This document shows, one piece after another, positions 59,674-64,000 of a stretch of DNA of 64,000 nucleotides. Source of the stretch: Marsupella aquatica. Its lineage: Eukaryota; Plantae; Marchantiophyta. A program made the translations under genes and the position numbers. The stretch spans positions 4,260,490-4,324,489 of the forward strand of contig OZ316893.1 of NCBI GenBank assembly GCA_973895155.1. The letters run 5' to 3'. The notes beneath the pieces were generated by a model. It had not been told where the DNA came from and did not search any database. It worked only from the letters and a program-made list of their open reading frames with translations. Numbering within the stretch: position 1 is the stretch's first letter; each line of letters begins with the position of its first letter.

Positions 59674-62600
59674 CAGTGAGCAACAAAGAGGTGACGATTT
59701 AGTGCCGAAGAAATCGCAGTCTCCCAGAAAGGAGTAACAAAGCGATAGCAAACAGTGCCACGAGGCAAAATGCTGAAGCAGTAGTCAACGACCTGGCAGA
59801 CGAATCACCACTATCTCCTCTGCACAGTTATGCCCCTCAGCTGAAATTTGTTATCACGCAGCGTCGGTACATGATTGTTCGATTCGAGTACACCGGACTC
59901 ACTTTGCGGTGCCAATAGTCTTGGGTCTTACTCGCGCTTGACGGAGGAGATTCCCACCGAATCCTGTGGATCACATCCCGGTGGAGGTAGCAAGGCACCA
60001 ACACTCTACTCCCATTTAGAAACCCAATCAATCAATCAAGCAAGCAATCTTTCGATCCATCGATCGGTCGATCGATTTCCAGGGTTATCCCGATTCGAAA
60101 AGTGCCACAACTTCAAGGGGAAAAGGAGATATTCTCAACCAAAGGGAGGCTGAGGCAGATTGCACGAACGGGTCGATCAGTCAAATTGACGATAATAAAA
60201 TCGATTCTGTTGTGAGCCGGCACTACTCAGGGTGGGAACCCCTTTGTACTAAACTTGTGCAGACATCGGCAGTGATGGCTCTCTTGGGGAGGATCCAGAT
60301 CCAGACGTGTTGCAACTTTGCTATCAGATAGGCGGAATCTCTACCTCAAGAGGACGAGCTCGCTAAGGGGCTTTACAAGAACTCAGAGGCAGGTCTCGTC
60401 TTTTTTTTTGGGTCTGAGATGCAATCCTATCCATTCGAACGTGGGAACAGGCCAGACTTCTCCCCAAGTTTTTTTTTTCCTTTCCTTTTTGAGATGCAAT
60501 TCCATCCATTCGAACGTGGGGAGTAGACCAGTCTTTTTTTCTTTTTCTTGTTTTTTTGGAAAAAGGCGACAGGGCACCACAAATTTCACACTACCACCAC
60601 TACGACGAGAAAACAAACCCAAGGGCCAAGGCACACATAATCAAAGCGCCCAAAATCACTCAAAAAGTACCTAAGGCCAGGAGCAGATCAAGTTCAACCA
60701 CCCAAACATGAACAAGATAAGCAGCCAAAATCTAAATCAGAGAAGGGGCAAACATTCCCATCCACCTGACCATAGTGGTGAGAGGGCTGCACTATTGGAA
60801 CTTGTCAAGGTGACCGTAGGCATGGAAAGCATCACCACCACCATGTCCTACTCACCGTCGTACCTATTATTTGACACACAACCTGGCAATAGCAAAGCTC
60901 AATCAACCAATTTTTCGAGGTTGCTATAATGGCGGGACACTCTTTGGCTAGATGTCTCATTCAATTTGATGGAAATGTATTTTTATGTTCATTTGGCCTA
61001 GTCCATGCTTTAGCATGTACTATTTAGAAGTTAATCATTTTTGGCAGCCCCTTTACTTTTTTAATGTCCTTAGTTTTTATTAGGTCTCATCCTATTTTTC
61101 TTAGCATTTTGAGGGGCACATTTCCTTACCTGCATGAGAGAAGGTAGATCCTTCAACCAAGCAACTAGTACACTATTCATTGATGAGTGCACCTTATATG
61201 CCATTGGTTATAGAATTTACATTGTTCATGGTTTATTGATGAACAGGTGTCACCTAAATAGAGAGCCCCAAATAGAGCCAAAAGTTTTAAAAAACAAAGT
61301 TCAGTAGTTCACGCTCTTCTCTTTGAATTGAATCATAAAGTGCTGCTGTACCTATACAAGTACATTGACTAATACCTTGAAATTAATGCACTCGACTTCA
61401 AATATTATACTTTTTTCATTTTTAAAAAGGTGTGCATTAACTTTCTTATAATTATTCTTCAATACTTGTTTTTTATTAACTAGTTAAGTTAAAATGTCTA
61501 CCCATTTCAATTCCTTTAGATAAGTCAAAATAGGCATGTAGTAGAATGAACATGCTATAATCAAGAGTTGTGCTCCCATTGTTGGAAAGATTCAAATGTG
61601 ACAACAAGCCATACACGCTTCATTTTACATGAACTGGGGACACATACTGGCCAAACCATTGCAGATTCCCGTCACCAGGCCCATCACTTGCTAGTGTGCC
61701 CTTGTAGGTCTCTTTTCTTTATGATGTGTCCATGCATTGCAATTGAAAACTCAGACCACCTTCTTGAGGAGGTGTGAGGAACTGAGATCAAGCTTGGTTC
61801 ATTTCTATTGAGGATCTTGCATTATTTACCCAGACCAAACCAGACACTCTTTGGCTCAGGCATTCTAACTTTTGTACATGCAATTGACCTCAGGCTTGCA
61901 ATGGGTGAACAATATATTAATGATAGTTTGTGCCCCTGAGTTCTGACTGGTAAAGGCCCTAAAGGAAGATTATTTTGTATATAATAGGAACACCCTGGCA
62001 ACAGCTCATTGTGGGCCATGACCTCCCAGAATACAAGGGCTTTTGCTCAAGTTTAGAGGGCTGTTATTGCAGATAATGCCCTTGTAACAGGGCTTAATAG
62101 ACTTAAAGGCCTTAAAGGTTTTTACTTTTACTATTTTCACTGAGAGTGGAGGAGAAGCTTAATGATGCCATGATCAAAATCTGGATTGTGCATTCTTCTC
62201 CATATTGCACCAACAGTTACAAAGAGAAAAATTAGGAAGGGCATTAAATTCCGAAACAAGCTATATATACCATCCCTATGCATGACAGGTCAGGACTGGA
62301 TGATGGATTGTTACCTGGTACTCTGGAAAGGGGGTTGGGCAAGGGTGACATTTAAGGCTTTTTGTTTTTTTGTCAAGATGGCTAATGTCAAATCTTCTGT
62401 GGAAAAAGAAGATGCTTAGCTTGTTCCTTCTCTAGTTCTGGCCGGTAGATTCATTTGTGACTGTCAGATCTCTCTAGATGTAAGGACAACCTTGTCTAGA
62501 TCTCCCTAATTTGAAGGATAGCTACAAAGGGTGGGAAACTGGCTAAACCTTTCCAAATTTTGCCAAAAGTGGCTAAAACCTTTCTGAATTTTGCCAAAAG

Positions 62601-62674
62601 TGGATTAAACTTTTAGGTGAGTGTGGAATTTTGCAAATTTTGGCCTCAAATAAAACACTGGGTTTGGCGTTCAG

Positions 62675-63021
62675 TGTTGAGGAGCATAGACGGCATTCGC
62701 AACGGCAAGCCCATGAACCATCCAACGCACAAGAGTCGACACAAAGAGATACGTGGTTCACCTCCACATGAGGCTACGTCCACGAGAACACACAAGAGCT
62801 TTATTGCACTCTAGGTCGGCCGGCCATACAAAGCATCCCTAGCACAAGCTCTCCCTATCTCTCAACTAGCTCCGTAAGAATGAGCCTAAGTTCCACCAGG
62901 GTCTGGCATCAGCCCTGGCTATATGCACAACAGCACTACCGCTAACATTAGCTAAGTCCTATCCCAAGTTAGACTAACTATAATTAGCTCATGAGTCACA
63001 AGACTAGAACAATATCTAACA
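62675..63021 (-). mobile_element. Solo LTR (347 bp), Copia-like
   Basis: TG...CA ends; 5-bp TSD TTCAG at 62670-62674 and 63022-63026; U5-type GGACGTAGCC...GGTGAACCACGTA motif on the - strand. Confidence 0.88.
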
Positions 63022-63402
63022 TTCAGGACCGTGTAGCTTAAACCATTGTCTACAGTAGACTTTTGTGTTGTATTTTTTAACCATTGAATGTATAGATTTT
63101 AGCTTTGTATAATTCCTACAGATTATGTCCTTAACTATACTAAGAAGATGAATCCCCATGGACTGAGGTTTGGGAACATGCTCCCAAGGACTTAGTGGGG
63201 CCCCTAATCGATCTTCATTATTAAAGAAGAATCCTTATTAGTCCATTGGAGTTGTATGGGTTGTGGCTATGGTACTCATGAGTAGGAGTTTCATATAGTA
63301 AAGTTTTCATGATAATATTCTAATAGCTCGATCTAAACACTTGTCTACTATAGATTTTCAAAAAAATGCGTATTGTAAAAGCTTTGGAGCAATGGATGGC
63401 AG

Positions 63403-63682
63403 TGTTAGGTATTTACTCTTATGCCTAAGGTAACGGCATGTAACCATAATTAGGCTAACTATGGTCAGAGACATGGTTAGGTTAACTAAATTGCACACTA
63501 TATACTAGGTTGTACTTGCTAGGATAAGTGGAACTAAGACTCATTGTTACGGAGCCACTTGAGAGATGATGAGAGCTTACACTGTGGAGACTTGGTATGG
63601 CTGATGGACTTAGAGTTCAGTAAAGCTCTCTTGTCTGTTCCCGTGGACGTAGCCTTATTAAGGAGGTGAACCACGTATCTCT
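63403..63682 (+). mobile_element. Related LTR in the opposite orientation, interrupted at 63683
   Basis: Starts TGTTAG; contains GGACGTAGCC...GGAGGTGAACCACGTATCTCT, reverse-complementary to the solo LTR. Confidence 0.65.
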
Positions 63683-64000
63683 TGTTGAGCATAGACGACA
63701 TTCGTAATGGCAAGCCCATGAACCATCCAACGCACAATAGTCGACACAGAGAGATACGTGGTTCACCTCCACATGAGGCTACGTCCACGAGAACACACAA
63801 GAGCTTTACTGCACTCTAGGCCGACCGGCCATACCAAGCATCCACAGCACAAGCTCTCCCTATCTCTCAACTAGCTCTGTAACAATGAGCCTAAGTTCCA
63901 CCAGGGTCTGGCATCAGCCCTGGCTATATGCACAACAGCACTACCACTAACCTTAGCTAGGTCCTAACCTGAGTTAGCCTAACTATGGTTAGCACAAGAG
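63683..64000 (-). mobile_element. Second copy of the 62675-63021 LTR family, running off the window
   Basis: High similarity to 62675-63021 starting at TGTTGAG. Confidence 0.88.

Overview
Eukaryotic, intron-containing land-plant DNA, most likely from a non-seed plant such as a bryophyte (inferred from the gene families and retroelement types). The first half is a three-level transposon nest. (1) A PHD-finger Ty3/gypsy element (pol 3' end at 1-2099, remainder from ~31990) is split by (2) a 29.9-kb DNA transposon at 2121-31985. This element has 24-bp TIRs, a TTTT target duplication and a DDD/E transposase (Sola-like motifs) on the + strand. Its divergent minus-strand cargo comprises three F-box-like paralogues, a ~1200-aa spliced ParB/Srx-like + methyltransferase-like + acidic protein, a Ulp1 protease, three FCP1/NIF-like phosphatase paralogues and a small Zn-finger ORF. 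A 16-bp CG-rich palindrome (ACGCG-N6-CGCGT) recurs in its introns, spacers and tandem arrays. (3) A young, intact 8,963-bp Ty3 LTR retrotransposon (4-bp GCGC TSD, -1 frameshift signal after the protease) sits inside one F-box-like ORF. The second half is host-like: a BED-finger TE fragment, an LRR-RLK pseudogene, a small plant ORF, glyoxalase II, a CGF/NiCoT-like chloroplast protein gene and Copia-like solo/nested LTRs. The best candidate for an undescribed system is the giant cargo transposon with its palindromic sites and ParB-like protein. All domain calls are by eye from motifs; no database searches were run.
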